56,231 nt of DNA from Intoshia linei (taxonomy: Eukaryota; Animalia; Orthonectida), in assembly GCA_001642005.1 (NCBI GenBank), contig LWCA01000090.1, positions 1 to 56,231 of the forward strand. The letters are read 5' to 3'. A program made the position numbers and the translations under genes. Under the pieces are notes generated by a model, which worked only from the letters and a program-made list of their open reading frames with translations, ran no database searches and was not told the origin of the DNA. This document shows positions 12,301 through 25,943 of the stretch, piece after piece. Numbering within the stretch: the first letter of the stretch is position 1; each line of letters opens with the position of its first letter.

Positions 12301-15300
12301 AATCCCATCTACTTCATTTTATATTAACTGATGCAGTGCCGAACCTACCGTACACGATACTCCTCTTCGGGCCTTTTTATTTTTATTAATTTTTATAACA
12401 TAGGAGCTTCATTTTTACAAATTGAGGATTAAAAAAATTATAGTTTTCAATATCATAATTATTTTATGTGTTAAATTTAAAATGTCAAGTCAAGAGCATT
12501 ATAGAGATGGCTAGAAGCTACATTGCACTTTTTAGGATTTTTAGGAAATTTTAAGGAGCCTATTTTTTATTTTTGGGTTGCATCGAGCTCGGTAGGTTTA
12601 ATATCTTCAAAATTTAAGATGTTATTAAATTTTTATTTCATTTTTACTCGAAAAATTATAAAAACTATATATTTTTCTGGTGTGGTCACTTTTGAAAGAT
12701 TGAGAAATTAAAAAATTTTATGCGATTTTTATCAAGGATCTTTTAAGTTAGATTAAGTAGTGACTTGAAAGCGATCATTTTAAAATTTTAAAATATTATA
12801 TTTGTATTAAATTTTATTAGAAAATTTTTTTTTATACCTTGGTCAATTTTTTATATCTGTTAATAAAATAAACTTTTCCAAATAATTTATCTCAATGGAG
12901 AGGATTGGCGAACTACAAACTTAAAATTTTTAAAGGGAATACTGTATCGCATTATAATTACCTATATGGCTGGGAAAGCAGGGCAAATAACTAGTGGAAG
13001 TAAAATTTGTTCTTGGCCACCATTTTTCATTTTCATAATTTTTTGGACATTGTTTAAAGATTTCTGAATATAATAATTATAAAATTTTGTCTATTTTTAA
13101 ACCTTCACATTTTCCTTTAAAGTCAATTTCTGACAATCGGTTTTTACATTGATTGCATTGTTTACCTCTAATATCTTTGTTCTTACAATGACACTGACCA
13201 TTTTCGTCGCAAGATGGAAATTTCGATCCATATTTGTAACAGTTACATGGTTTACAATAAAAGTTGTGCCAATAATGATTAATCTAAATTGGTTATATTA
13301 AATAACTTATATACCAGGGGTCGGCAACCTTTTGCGTCACGTGGGCCACTTTTTTTTATCAAAAAATTATACGGCCTCGTTTTTGAAAAGTTACACATAA
13401 TAAATTTCAATTTTAACTTAAAAGAAACGGTTCTAGTATATTCAACCAAAATAATATAATAATACTAATATATAACATCCAAGACGATTTGAAAATTCAG
13501 AGCTACAATGATTTACAATTATGGTAGCAAAGTGTTTAATAGTTAAAAAATAAATGATTTACATATTTACTCAAACGGCCACCATAATTATTATGTGGGC
13601 CACTGTTTGCCGATGTTAATAGGTGGCTTTTATTTTATAAAAATTTTATTTACTTTCTAAGCATTTTCTTAAATCTACACAATATTTTCTAATTATTATA
13701 TTTTACCCATCACAAGTTCACCGGTTGAAAAAATAAATTAGAAGCAGATTAAACGTGGAAATTTTAATTTAAATTTAATAATATTTATTTATTCATATAC
13801 AGTACTTATATAATACTGTAGTTAATAAATTTGTATACTTAAGAAAAATCTTTAGAAAAACTTAATTAAAATTATAAAATAAGTTTCATACCTTGTTTAC
13901 GGTATTTCTTATAAACTTATTTTTTAATAAAATAATGACACATTTTTATAATATACAGTCGATTCTGTTTTATATAAACACCCTAGAATATGAACTCACC
14001 TCAATATGAACACGACAATTTTGTTTGAACAAACATTGAGTGGGAAATTTCGAAACTTTTAATTATATTATTATTGACATTCATATATGTTCATATTACA
14101 GTATAGTATGAACATGATCAAAAACTGGTCTCTTCATGTTCATATAGAACAGAATCGACTGTACTCTAATTTTTAATTGGTTACATACCAAATTCCCATT
14201 ATTTTTTATATTTTTTAAAAGTTTTTAAATTAAAACTATAAAGAGAATATTTTAGCAAAGCCGCATTTTCTTCAAGTACAGTCACTATTTATCTTATTTA
14301 TGGCAAGTTATTTGTATAAGTCTACTATTTAAGTCTTAAATCCAACCATTTTTCTAAAAATCAAAATTTACCAACCCTTTAGGGAAAATTCCTGTTTTAC
14401 CAAACCTTAATGGAAAAATCGAGTTTTACCTACATTAATAGAAAAAATTCCAGTTTTTCCCTTAAGGGATGGTAAAATTAGAATTTTTCCCTTAAGACTT
14501 TGTAAAAGTGTATTTGTAGTAAAAATGGTTGGGTAAAAATATTAGTAAAAGTAATAATATTCTCTTTGTATAAAATTGAAAAATAACAAAATTTTTATTA
14601 AAACTTTTTTGATTCTTGATTTGGGTTTAATCGATAAATTTTTAATTATTATTAAGTTTAAAATGTTTCTACACCTAAAATAAATCATACAGTAAATGCT
14701 AGGGTTAACAATTTACTAGTTAATTTAAAAAAATGTACTGCTTTTAACTCTAGTAGTAGATACATTTGTATAATATTACGTATTTGATTATTATTATTTT
14801 CAATTTTAGTTTGTGACTAATTTATAAAAATTCAAGGGAATTCTTATGCTGGATAAAAATGTGTAGGCCATTAAGCAGTAAGTGGAGGGTATAAATAAAA
14901 AATTACCAAACAGTGACATTTTCCAGTGTTTTTATCACAATTCTGAGAAAACCCAATAGATGAATCGCATCTACATGAAAAACAATTTGGATATCCCCAT
15001 CTTCCATCGTTACACTTATTGGATTGTATTTCTTGTATTTTATAATTTTGACAAAACTTTCCATACCAATTCTTTAAACAAATACACTTAAACTGATCAT
15101 TTGTGCGCAAAATATTTTTTCCATAGTTAACGCATTCTCCACCATTGCATATGTTGGGAATTGTACAAAAATGTATGCATTTACCGACTTTTTGACCTTA
15201 ATGAATATTATATACATGTATGTATGTGCAGTGCACATTGTGATATTCGAAATCATAAATGTATAATATTCCTTATATCAGCCTCTTACCCGTCCGATGG

Positions 15301-18300
15301 CCACTATGAAAATATTTTTCAAAGTAGAAATAAAAATTTAAAAATTTAAATTTAAATGTTTACAGACTAATTCCTCGTTAAGGAATTTTGAACTTAAAAA
15401 ATATTATTGAGTTAACTAAGATTTTTTTAATCAAAATTTCTCGTTAATAATTTACATTTTTTTTAAGTAATTACATTGGTATTCGTATGTATTAAATTTT
15501 CACAGTCACTATTATTTTTTGTAAGAATTATTAAAAATCAAAAATTAATCATTTTTTAATTTTGTTTTACAATTTGTTAAAAAGTTGTATTTGTTTCATC
15601 ATCAGTTTGAGTAAGTGTTAAAACGGTTATAAAATCTGTTCATACATAATGCTTCTATTTAATTTTTGTGATACTGAGTTTTTATGCAATACTCTGCAAC
15701 TCGGTAAAATTGTATTCTTCCTTTTAGAGTTTGTAAAACTGGAATTTTTCATTAAGGGTTGGTAAATTTTGATTTTTAGAAAAAATGGTTGGATTTAAGT
15801 AGACACCCTAAACAATTTAACTAACTCTGATAAGGAAAAATGGTAGTTCATGTCATTATTTTTTATTTTCTTATGTGATAGCAAAAAAAAACTGGTCCAG
15901 GATTGCCCTGTATATAAAATCAAAAACATACAAGAACAAATTTTTGAAGATTTCATTTCACTAGAACAAATGCCAAAATCGTCACATTTATCACAAGACT
16001 TTTGTTCAATTTCTTTTCTTCTAAATGTGTTGTACGACTCAACACAATTTCCTGTACAAATGTTTACAAACTTTAGGAAAATTTTAGCTTTAAAGCAATT
16101 TGCTTGCTGGGAATTTAACAAACGGCTAGTAATATGAATGTAATATTGCGGAAATAAAATGGGTTTGTAATTAATTTTTAAATTAGCAAAACAAGTTTTT
16201 TTATGGTTGGAGTAATTAAAAGATTTTATATCAATAGAATTTTGTAACATTTGAGGTAAATTTCCAATATATAAAGGTCCGTTCAAATTTAACATGTACT
16301 GAGTTTTTATATCCGTTGAATTTCTCCCATTAACATTATCAATAATTGGTAAGTATTTACGCCATACACATTGACTATTTGAACCAAACGCTAAAATTTC
16401 ATATTTAACGACACAATAACGACCTAAAACAATCTGAATAAATGATTCATAAACATTATATTCTATACTGACAGTATGCCAACGAAAATCATTTATTTTG
16501 TCTAATAAATTTGAGGATATTGAATGTTTTTTTCCTTGAAATGATACAGTTAAACTTAATTGACCCTGATTTATACCAAATAAAAAAAAACTTGCATCCA
16601 TCGAATGATCATACAACAAAATTGCATCTTGGGATTTAGTTTTTATTCCAAATTCGATATATATTGTTAAACGTTTTCCCAATGATGGCAGCATTAATTG
16701 TGTATAATCTTCTAGAGAAATGACTGGTACAGAATTTAAAATATTACAAATTTGACCATTGTCCAAAGTTGAATCGGAAAATTGATTACTATACATTTCG
16801 ACATTGTTCATTATCAATGAATCTGTTTTGAAAAATTCATTTCTACATGTAATGTTTTTTACTTCATTTAAGGAATATTGACACAATGAACCAAAAGTGT
16901 CGTTATTACATATACACGAAAATCCATCTTGATGATTTTTACATGAGGATGTTTTATCTCGACATGGTAATGTTTTACACGAATCGACCATATGGTCGCA
17001 TTTACTTCCGTTATAACTGTTACTAAAACCGTAAGGACAATAGCAGTCCGTTTCATGTTTAATTTCAATACCTCTAAAAATCATTTTATTTGTAGATAAA
17101 GCATCAGAACTCGAAGCGAAAATGTTTTTGGTATGACATGAAGAATATCCTGGACATCTAGTAAGCTTACAATGACTTTCTTCAATTTTCAAAGCAATTG
17201 TACCATTAATTTTAAAATTATTTAAATTTTGAATTTTTTTAGATAAAATTGAAAATCTTTCCTTAAATCCAGTCAAAATTTTTAAATTTTCCGAAGATAT
17301 AACAAAAGTAAGGGTGCAACCAATTCTCTTACCATTAGAGTTGAATTTATCTTTAATTTGTAGAAAAATTACATCATGAATGCTTGTTTCATACACTTGT
17401 GATATAGAACGTTTCAATGAATTTAATTGATCAAGTAAGTCAATATGGTCGATACCGGAAAATTTAATTTGCATAGATTCATGAATCATTATATCAAAAA
17501 CTGGTACAATTTCCAAGTAAAAATTTGCTACAACACTATTCAATCCATCTGTAACGTAAATTGTAAAATTTGCCCTTATTCGTTGATCAGAAAACAATCT
17601 AGAATCTAATCTAATTTTCCCGTTATCTTCTCCAATATCAATCAAACCATTTTCATTGCCTTCTATAATTGTATATTTCAAAACATCATTGTCGTCAGCA
17701 TCAAAAGCGGGCACATATTTAGTATCCAACAAATCAATTCCATTGAACGATGATTTTAATCCATAATGAACTACAAAAACGGTAAAGTCACTTAAAACGG
17801 GCTTATTGTCATTTACGTCCAGTACATTTACCGTTACATCCAATGAATTGTATAAATGCATAGAACGTGCTATAATTATCAAATTAAACAAAGTTGCTTT
17901 GCTTTCGGCGTCCAAGTTTTTAGCATTCGATATTAATAAAACTGAATCTGTCCTGTCTGAATTTGCATCGGAAATTAATTTAAATTTTCCATTAATGTCA
18001 TCTTCTAAACTAAATTCCACAACAGAATTTTCTCCTAAATCAGAATCCTTTGCATAAATTCTAGATATTATGGTACCCGGTAGACTATTTTCATTTAACC
18101 AAAATTCCATCGTCGTTTTTTCAAAGATGGGGGCATTATCATTTACATCGATAATGGTTACCGATACGCTAACATTTGAAAATAATCTATCGGAAATATT
18201 ATTTGACAAATCATGTGCAAATACCGTAAATTCAAAATTTCCATTATATTCTAAATCTAGAAAATAAATTGTATGTTGATTGATCAATTCTACACATCTA

Positions 18301-21300
18301 TTATAACAGCTAATTAATCTAATTTCTCCCAATATTTCATCTACAGAAAAATATCCAATGGTACCTTGCATTTCATCATAATTTAGTATATCGATTTTTA
18401 AATTGTTTATGGGAATTTCTGTTATTGAATGTGGACTTTCTATTTGGTAACGTATTGTACCGTTTTCTTTCAAGTCTAAATCTGTAGCTTTAACAGTCAA
18501 AAGTAAATGGTCGTTTGGAGCATTTTCTTGAATCGATGTATAATATTTTCGTTCGCTAAATACTGGGGGATTATCATTTACATCCAACAAGTGTATGGTC
18601 ACACTAACTCTTGTTTCGCGTCTATTTTTCAAAGCTTTATCCCGGGCCAATAAAATGTAGTTGTATACAGGAAATTTTTCACGGTCTAGTAGTGATTTTG
18701 TGTATATTTTTCCAGAATCTTCATCTATATAAAAATGATTCAATACTTTTACAACTGGTTTTAAGAAATATGAAATTTCTCCGTTGACACCGTAATCGTC
18801 ATCATTTGCAAATACAGACGCTACTAATGTTCCTATTTTTACTGATTCAGATATTTTAAAAGTATATCCATTTTTTTCAAATTTTGGTTTATAATCATTT
18901 ATATCTTTTACCTATTGATAATAAATTATAATGATATATAACAGTGGTTCTTAAATTTAAAATTAAATTATTCTTTGGATTCTTAAAAAATTCTAAATCG
19001 TTTCGTGGATTAAAGATTGAATAATGGCAAAAAGCGAAGAGACAAATTTGTGAGATCGAAACAGATTTTTTAATTCTGAGTTACAAAGTGGACAAGGTAA
19101 CCCAACTAGTGTTTCAATATAAAAATTTACAGGTAAGAATATTTTGCTTCTAAATTTTTATAAAATTTATAACGGTAAATCCTTACTTATATAAATTAAT
19201 GGCTTGTATTTATAGCGTCAGTATTTTAATCAGTAAAGTGTCATTATTTTAAATAGTTTGTCTGTAAAAATATTAAATTGTCAGTTGATATAATAAATTG
19301 TTACTTTTTAGGTGTCAGTATCAATAATTTATTGTCAGTATTTAAATTGGAAGGGCAGTAAAAAAAATTATTTTGTCAGTACTTTAAATATACTGTCAAC
19401 ATCAGGGATTGGAATTAATTGATTGCAACCAATTTAATTGCAATTAATTGGTAAAAATTTTTGAAAAATAATCAATTAATTGTTAATTCAAAAATGAAAA
19501 AATATTTTCCAATTGATTGCTTTATGAAAAATAAAAAATTTCAATTAATTGAAGATTGATAACAATATTATAATCATTTTTAAAAAACTATTATGTGGTT
19601 ATAATGCATACTAAGATGCTGTTTGTTCGAAGTACATAAAAGTCAAGCTAGTAGGTTAACTACATCAGTTTTCTGTTCATTAATTAATATTTTCATCCAA
19701 CCATTCGTCAATAAAAGGATTCAATTTATATTTTTTCAGTTATATGAAAAAAACCTATTAATTAAAAATTAATATTTAGCAAACAATTAATTGGTTTATA
19801 CAAAATAATTGATTGCAATATATTATTTCCAATCCCTGGTCAGTATATCCTTGACTATACAGTATATACTGACAAATATGTAATTGAATACTGAAAATTT
19901 TTGTTGAAAATACTGAAAATTTTTTATTAAAATACAGACAGTTTCGGTAATTGAATACTGACAAATAAAATACTTCCCTAAATTAATTTAGTTAAAAATA
20001 TATGCATGTTTATTTATTTGTCCCAGTTTATTAAAGAAAGTAAGACACGTATAATTTTTATAATACCCATGTTTAATAAAATTTTTCGAATGTGATGTTT
20101 TATCGCAAATTTAATTATCAGAAATTGAGTCCTTCAAGGTCAAAAACCCAAATTAAATTATTTTTTAATATAACAAAGTGACGCCTTCACGGTCAAAAAG
20201 GATAATCTCGGTTTTGATCATAAAAATGTACATATTTGTGGTTTCGATATATGATAATTTTTATGATTCTAAAAACTATACCAGAATTTATCCTTATTTA
20301 TATAATATGCAATGCAATATTTGTAGTTTGTTGTTGTAATAGTTGTTGTAGTTTTAATTTAAATTTTAAACAAAATGTTTTGCAAATGAGAATTTAAAAT
20401 TTAAAAATTGGGTTTTTAATTAGGAAGGACTCAAGTTGTGAAACTGAAAAATAGATAAAACACGATATGGGAAAAAATGTATTAGAAATAAAGTTTTTTG
20501 AAATCCTGCGACTGTCAATTTTTTCAATAAATGGTTACACACACAAACACACACAGACATTTTTATATGAGTAAAGGATAAGTAAAGTATATGCAGTAGT
20601 TGGAAAATATAGAAATGCTAAAAAATTTAAATTGTTACCACACGCCAGGTGTTAACTAACAATTATTTTTAATATCGCAACGATGCAAATGGTTCTTGAT
20701 CTCCAAATGCCTCATTTCAGCAATATTTTTAAAATGTACATTTTTTGGATATAAATAAAAGCTTAATAAATAATTAAGTACCTTAATATTCAAAGTGCAT
20801 TCATTACTTAAACCACCGCCATCTACGACAATAATCCGAATATTATAAAAAAATTTAGAGTAGTTAATTTTTTTTTCCAACTTTGATTTATCCTGATAAT
20901 TGAGATAAATAGGTGTATTTAACTGGGTAATTTCATCTGTAAAAATTGAAGAAGTAGAAGGTTGTAATTTTAAAGAAACTGAATTTCTAACATAAACCCT
21001 GCCATTTTCAAAAGATAATTTGAAAATATCATTTTCATTGCCAGAAATGATTGAATATTTAAGAGATTCAGGTTTGTCATCGACATCTGTGGCCATTATG
21101 ACAGCTATTCTTGTCCTAAGAGGTACATTTTCATCTACAGTTACATTATAAGAAAACTGTGAAAAATATGGTCGATTGTCATTAATATTTCGAATTGTTA
21201 TATGAACAATTGCTAAATCTATCAAAGATTCATTTTCGTAATCAGTTGCAATAATTTTAAGTGAAAATTTTGCAATTTTTTCACTGTCTATTTGTGAGGT

Positions 21301-24300
21301 AGTTTTTATGATACCTGATATTTGATCAATCATGAATGGTAAATTTCCGTCATAATTTTTAGTCAAACTAGTTTCTTTAACAGGGTCCCATTTTTTATCA
21401 ATTTGAAAAAGTGTTTTTGAGAATATTTTTGATATGTCAGCGTCAAATGCGCTAATTTTAATTACTTCTGATCCTATTTTTACATTTTCATATATCCAAG
21501 CGTTATATTTGCTAACATCAAATAATGGCCTATTATCATTTACATCCTTAATATTTATAGTCAAATTTGAATTAATTTGAAGCATTGGTATTCCATTATC
21601 GAAACATTTTACATTTAAAATGTAATATAATTTTTGTTCCGCGTCAGTTCTTTTTATTTGTCGAATGACACCTGTGATATCATTTATAGAGAATGGAAGA
21701 GAATCTTCGTAATTTGATAACATGTAACTAATTTTCCCATTTTCTCCTGAATCTTCATCGCTACATATTGCACGCGTAATAAAATTATTGATATTGGATT
21801 CTAAATTTGAAGAATCGTTTTCGAATATTTCTATAAAGTTGGAATGTTTTACATTTTCAAATTTAATGAATTTTGGAGAATTGTCGTTGACATCTAAAAT
21901 GCCAATGTTTACACCTACCGAAACATGAGAAATGTTGATTTTCAATTGAGGGTTATCATTAGCCGTGATATTTAACTTGTATTTTATAAATTCTTCATAA
22001 TTTAGATTACTTTTTAAATTTACTGAACCATCCAACCCATTAATCATAAACGGACAAGCTAAATTGTTAAAATCAACAAATTTAATAAATTCACTTGGAG
22101 AAGAAGAAAAATTATTTATATTATTTTTTTTAAATTCAAGTCTATCAAAAAACGCGTCATCTCTAAATCCTTTACAATTTGTAATTTTATACGTCAATCT
22201 AGCATTTTCGTCAATGTCTTTATCTGAAGCTCGTAATCTAATAATTGTTTTACCAATTTTTTCATTTTCTACGACATTAATAGTATAGTGTACTTTTTCA
22301 AATTTTGGGGTATTGTCATTCACGTCGGCAACTGTTACATTCAGAAATGTTGACGATTTTTGATGATGATCTGTTACGTCAATTTTAAATCGATGAAATT
22401 CAATCAATTCTCTATCTAACGGTATTTTTGTACTTATTCTGCCGGTTTTATAGTTAATTTTAAAATAATTTTTCGATCTAAAGTCGTGCAATGCGTGTAA
22501 GGTATATTTAAGCTCTGTTTGTCTGTCTCCACCAGACGCATGTAATTTTAATATGAAAACATTTCCAGGTTGATTTTCATATACTTTAACACTTTTAGGA
22601 TGATTTTCAAATGTTAATTTTTCATAATATTCAAAATTATATGATTCTGATCTTTTTTCACGTACATTAAATTGTTTTTTATCAATTTCAATAGGGTACA
22701 AAGTAATTTTAAAAATTTTTAAAGTGTTGATTTTTCCAATCATTATCACTTTTTTTACAAAATTTAACAAATTAGCTTCATGTTCTAGAATACAAAATTT
22801 ATTTGAATCGAAATTAATTTTATCGTAAATTCGAGGTTTGTAAAAAAGACAAGTTTTTTTTTCGTTAAATTCTAAATTTGGACATTTCATAAAATCTACA
22901 TAATCAGGTTTTTTGATCATTATAATACCGTTATCAAATAGTGGTAAATGTCCCAAATTTAACATTTCTGGTTTTTTTGTTATTAAACAGTTGTATGAAT
23001 AATATAACGGTATTTCTATGTGTAAATCAATACTGTTTGGTAGGTTTAGTAAATTTCCATTATATAAATTTAAAGATATTGGAATAGTTGGCATATTAAA
23101 AATTTTGGAAACATGAGGAAATGTTTTCGGGTTAGCATAAATTGAAAGAGATTGAGAAATGCAATCCGAGTTTATATTTGACAAGGATGATATTGTAGGA
23201 ATGCAAATTTCCATTGGAATGTGGTATTTAATTAAAAATGGCTGATTTTGGGTGTTTTGGAGTATTGATTGTGAAACAGAGAGTGAAATAACTGTATTAT
23301 AAACTTTTTTAAATTTTATTAAATTTTCACCCGGTTCTGTATTATTGTTTATAATCAATTTTTTCACGTTTTCAAGGTTTTCCAGGTATTTTTTTATTAT
23401 TTGTGAATTCATTATTTTTATTGTTGAATGCATTGTATTTTCTTTCTCCAATTTTAAAATTTTATAATTACAATTTGTATTTACATTTGTCAGTTTTACT
23501 ATTTTAAATGGCTGATTTGACAGAAATTTATCAATTTTAATGAATTTAGTGTAATCACATGCATTTGGAAGCAAGTATAATTCAGTTTTATCTAAAAATT
23601 TATATTAATTATATTAATAAATTTTACCCCAAGTTGGAGGTCCAACTAGTTTTGCAATTTTTAAAATTTTTAAAATTTTTAATTAGGGAAAAACTAAAAT
23701 TACTTAACAGTTTCAAAATTGTTAGTATTTTTGAAATAATGAAGAATTACAAACTGGTATTAATTGGTTAATAACTTTAAAATTTTAAATAAAACATCCA
23801 AAAGACAAAAATGCGATTTATTTGACATTTTTTATTATTAAAACACATATATAGAAATAAGTCCAAGATTAAAGTCATTTTGGAGTCTATAAAGATGTAC
23901 TTTCAAATCTTTTTTATTTTTAAAACTGGTCCACTCATCAAATGATATTGAAAATTTTCCACCACAACATTTTATCGCTATTTGATTTATTATCTATTTT
24001 CAATTGGCGTGAATTTATCGTGTCAGTATTTTTTTTATTGATTAATCAGTATTGTAGATGGTTTGTCAGTATTTTAGGTGCCAATTGATAAGGTATCAGT
24101 ATAAATAATTGATTGTCAGTATTTAAATTAGAAGAGCAGTAAAAAAATTATTTTTTCAGTACAGGCACCTAAAATACTGACACAATTAATTAACATATTA
24201 ATTGACATAATACTGGTGTGAACACCATATAATATTTTTAATTTTTTTGTAATTATGTTTGTAGGTATAATATGGTATCTTAATATTTCCGTTTTAACTT

Positions 24301-25943
24301 CGATCTGTAGTGGATGATATTATTATATAAAGTATTTTATAAGATTAACCTAATAATTAACCTCACAAGAATAATAATAAAGACAAGAGAGAAATATAAA
24401 AAAAATTAAATGGATTGACATAATTACATTCAATTTGTTCTAATTTATTTCATTTTCATTAATTTTATAATTCAAATATTTAACAGTTATATTGATTCCA
24501 AATTTCAAATGGAAGAACACACAGTCAAGTCAATAATAAAAAATCGAATGGAAAAAAAGGTAATGATTTAATTTATTATTATCCATCTAAAGAGAAAACA
24601 GTTGCAACAAAAGAGGGCATAACAACTTTAAAAATAAATAAATGGAAACTTTTCTTCAATTTAAAGAAAAAGGATTCAATATTTTTAAAGTTGTTTTACC
24701 ACCTAATGATTGCTTCAGTGGAATATGCACATGTTTAATTTTTCTGAAGCAATATTTATGTATTTATTTGATGGGTTTAGCATTACGTATGAAGTGTGTC
24801 ACAGTCTCACTAGCAGCAAAGCAAGGAAAAATTGGTAAAAAAGGTCAAGAGGACAACCAAAAAGAGCTACTAAAGCTCTTATGATAGATTAATTACTTGT
24901 AATTGTATTTTATAAAATAAATTTTCAAAAACTAGATTTTTCATTTTTATACTGACACTCCAAAATCATCAAACTTACAATTCAATTTTTTTACTGACAA
25001 ATTAATTAATGCCCTTTTTCAATTATTTGTCTTTTAATTTTTCAAATAAAATTTGATCGGGTAACTTGGTTTATAATTAGTCCATCGTACGCAATCAGTT
25101 ATGATTTTATCCCTTTCAAGGTTATATACTAAATTGAATTACGGTCACATTTAAATAATAATAATGAAACACTTAATTTTTTATTTTTATCGAACGAAAC
25201 TTTTCAATATACCAAAACAAATATTAACAACTAAATTGTATAATTAAATTTCAATAAAAAAATTATATTTTAGGTAATATAGTACTTTTAAATTTTAGAT
25301 TCTATTTGTGCAAAACTATGTTTATGCAAATAGAACATTATAACTCTAACACTGCGATCTATTAAAAATTGGATAAAAACGTAATAAATATAATTCTAAT
25401 TAGTAAAAAAATTAATTTATATTTATAATAGTCATTAAAAATAGATTATAGAGCTGTAGATACAATTTTTATATGCAGTTTTTATTAACAGAATTTTTGG
25501 TTTATAGAAATTCGTTAAGAAAAAATAAATAATTGGACCCCTAACGTAGAATTAACTTAAAAGTTAAATGATTTTCGAGTTCATAAATTGACAAAATATT
25601 TTTAGTTGGTGCACTAGGATTTTTGTGGTAACACTGATTAATAACCACTAAAATATTTAGTAATAATTTAATCTGAAATAAAAAAAAAGTAATACAAATT
25701 ATTTTTTCGTATTAAAAAATTATATAATTTAAATTTTCACCGAACAAAAAATGATTCTGGAAATTGACGACGTTGTGAATACCTGACCCAGTATATTGAC
25801 TCTATGGTTGGTAGTTTTGCTACCACTAAGTTGTTAAATTTATTAAATATACCTGTTATCATGAACTGATGTGTATTGTGTGATAGTTTAAAGGTAATGG
25901 TAGATCCAACAAATAAACACAAATAAATTAAAAATTTGATCAT
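9307..25943 (-). CDS. CELSR: Flamingo/CELSR cadherin-EGF-LAG seven-pass adhesion GPCR. Exons: 25943-~25741 and 25672-25546 (both tentative), 23591-20782, 18911-15932, ~15196-14907, 13283-13103, 13063-12962, 11798-9307
   Basis: Prodomain ending REKR, nine cadherin repeats (DVNDNxPxF), Flamingo box, EGFs, LamG, laminin-EGF (CNDGRWGYPNCFSCRC...), HRM (CPKNYENEKWWPRT...C), GAIN/GPS and 7TM. Splice phases are consistent for the junctions from 25546 downstream; the junction between the two tentative 5' exons is unresolved. Confidence 0.92.
12333..12600. mobile_element. hAT-like MITE family (cagtgccgaacc termini); related copies at 37468-37742 and ~37960-38090
   Basis: Shared blocks agtgccgaacctacc, aaattgag.attaaaaaaa, tgtgttaaatttaaaa and caagag..ttagaga. 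The 37468 copy ends ggttggttcggctctg, the inverted repeat of the left end. Confidence 0.65.
13315..13618. mobile_element. hAT MITE in a CELSR intron; related copy in opposite orientation at 54570-54814
   Basis: Starts caggggtcggcaacc and ends gtttgccga. Segment 13548-13612 is the reverse complement of about 54575-54640. Confidence 0.65.
13956..14161. mobile_element. pogo/Tigger-type MITE
   Basis: 25-bp TIRs (cagtcgattctgttttatataaaca vs tgttcatatagaacagaatcgactg, 23/25 match) flanked by TA on both sides. Confidence 0.85.
14340..14534. mobile_element. TTAA-associated foldback MITE with ~31-bp subterminal tandem units
   Basis: TTAA|atccaaccattttt...aaaaatggttgggt, with units like ttttcccttaagggttggtaaaa in opposite orientation on each arm. 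Confidence 0.7.
19403..19838. mobile_element. hAT-like MITE nested in a tgtcagta foldback element; second, longer copy at 53132-53732
   Basis: Perfect 12-bp TIR cagggattggaa / ttccaatccctg. Flanks gtcaacat / gtcagtat match 6/8. The body is rich in aattaattg motifs and is colinear with 53132-53732. Confidence 0.8.
20300..20578 (-). mobile_element. Helitron family 5' fragment
   Basis: Minus strand reads a|TCctttactcatataaaaaatgtctgtgtgtgtttgtgtgtg, homologous to the 5' end of the element at 35542. Confidence 0.6.
24642..24892 (+). pseudogene. MULE/SWIM-type transposase C-terminal remnant (antisense in a CELSR 5' intron)
   Basis: CTCLIFLKQYLCIYLMGLALR is a degenerate SWIM CxC..CxH motif. After a frameshift it reads KRSRGQPKRATKALMID*. 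tgtcagta/tactgaca motifs flank the region. Confidence 0.6.

Noticed and set aside
3669-23771. Many 60-95 aa ORFs antisense or out of frame within APC1 and CELSR
   Set aside because: Shadow ORFs with no recognisable motifs.
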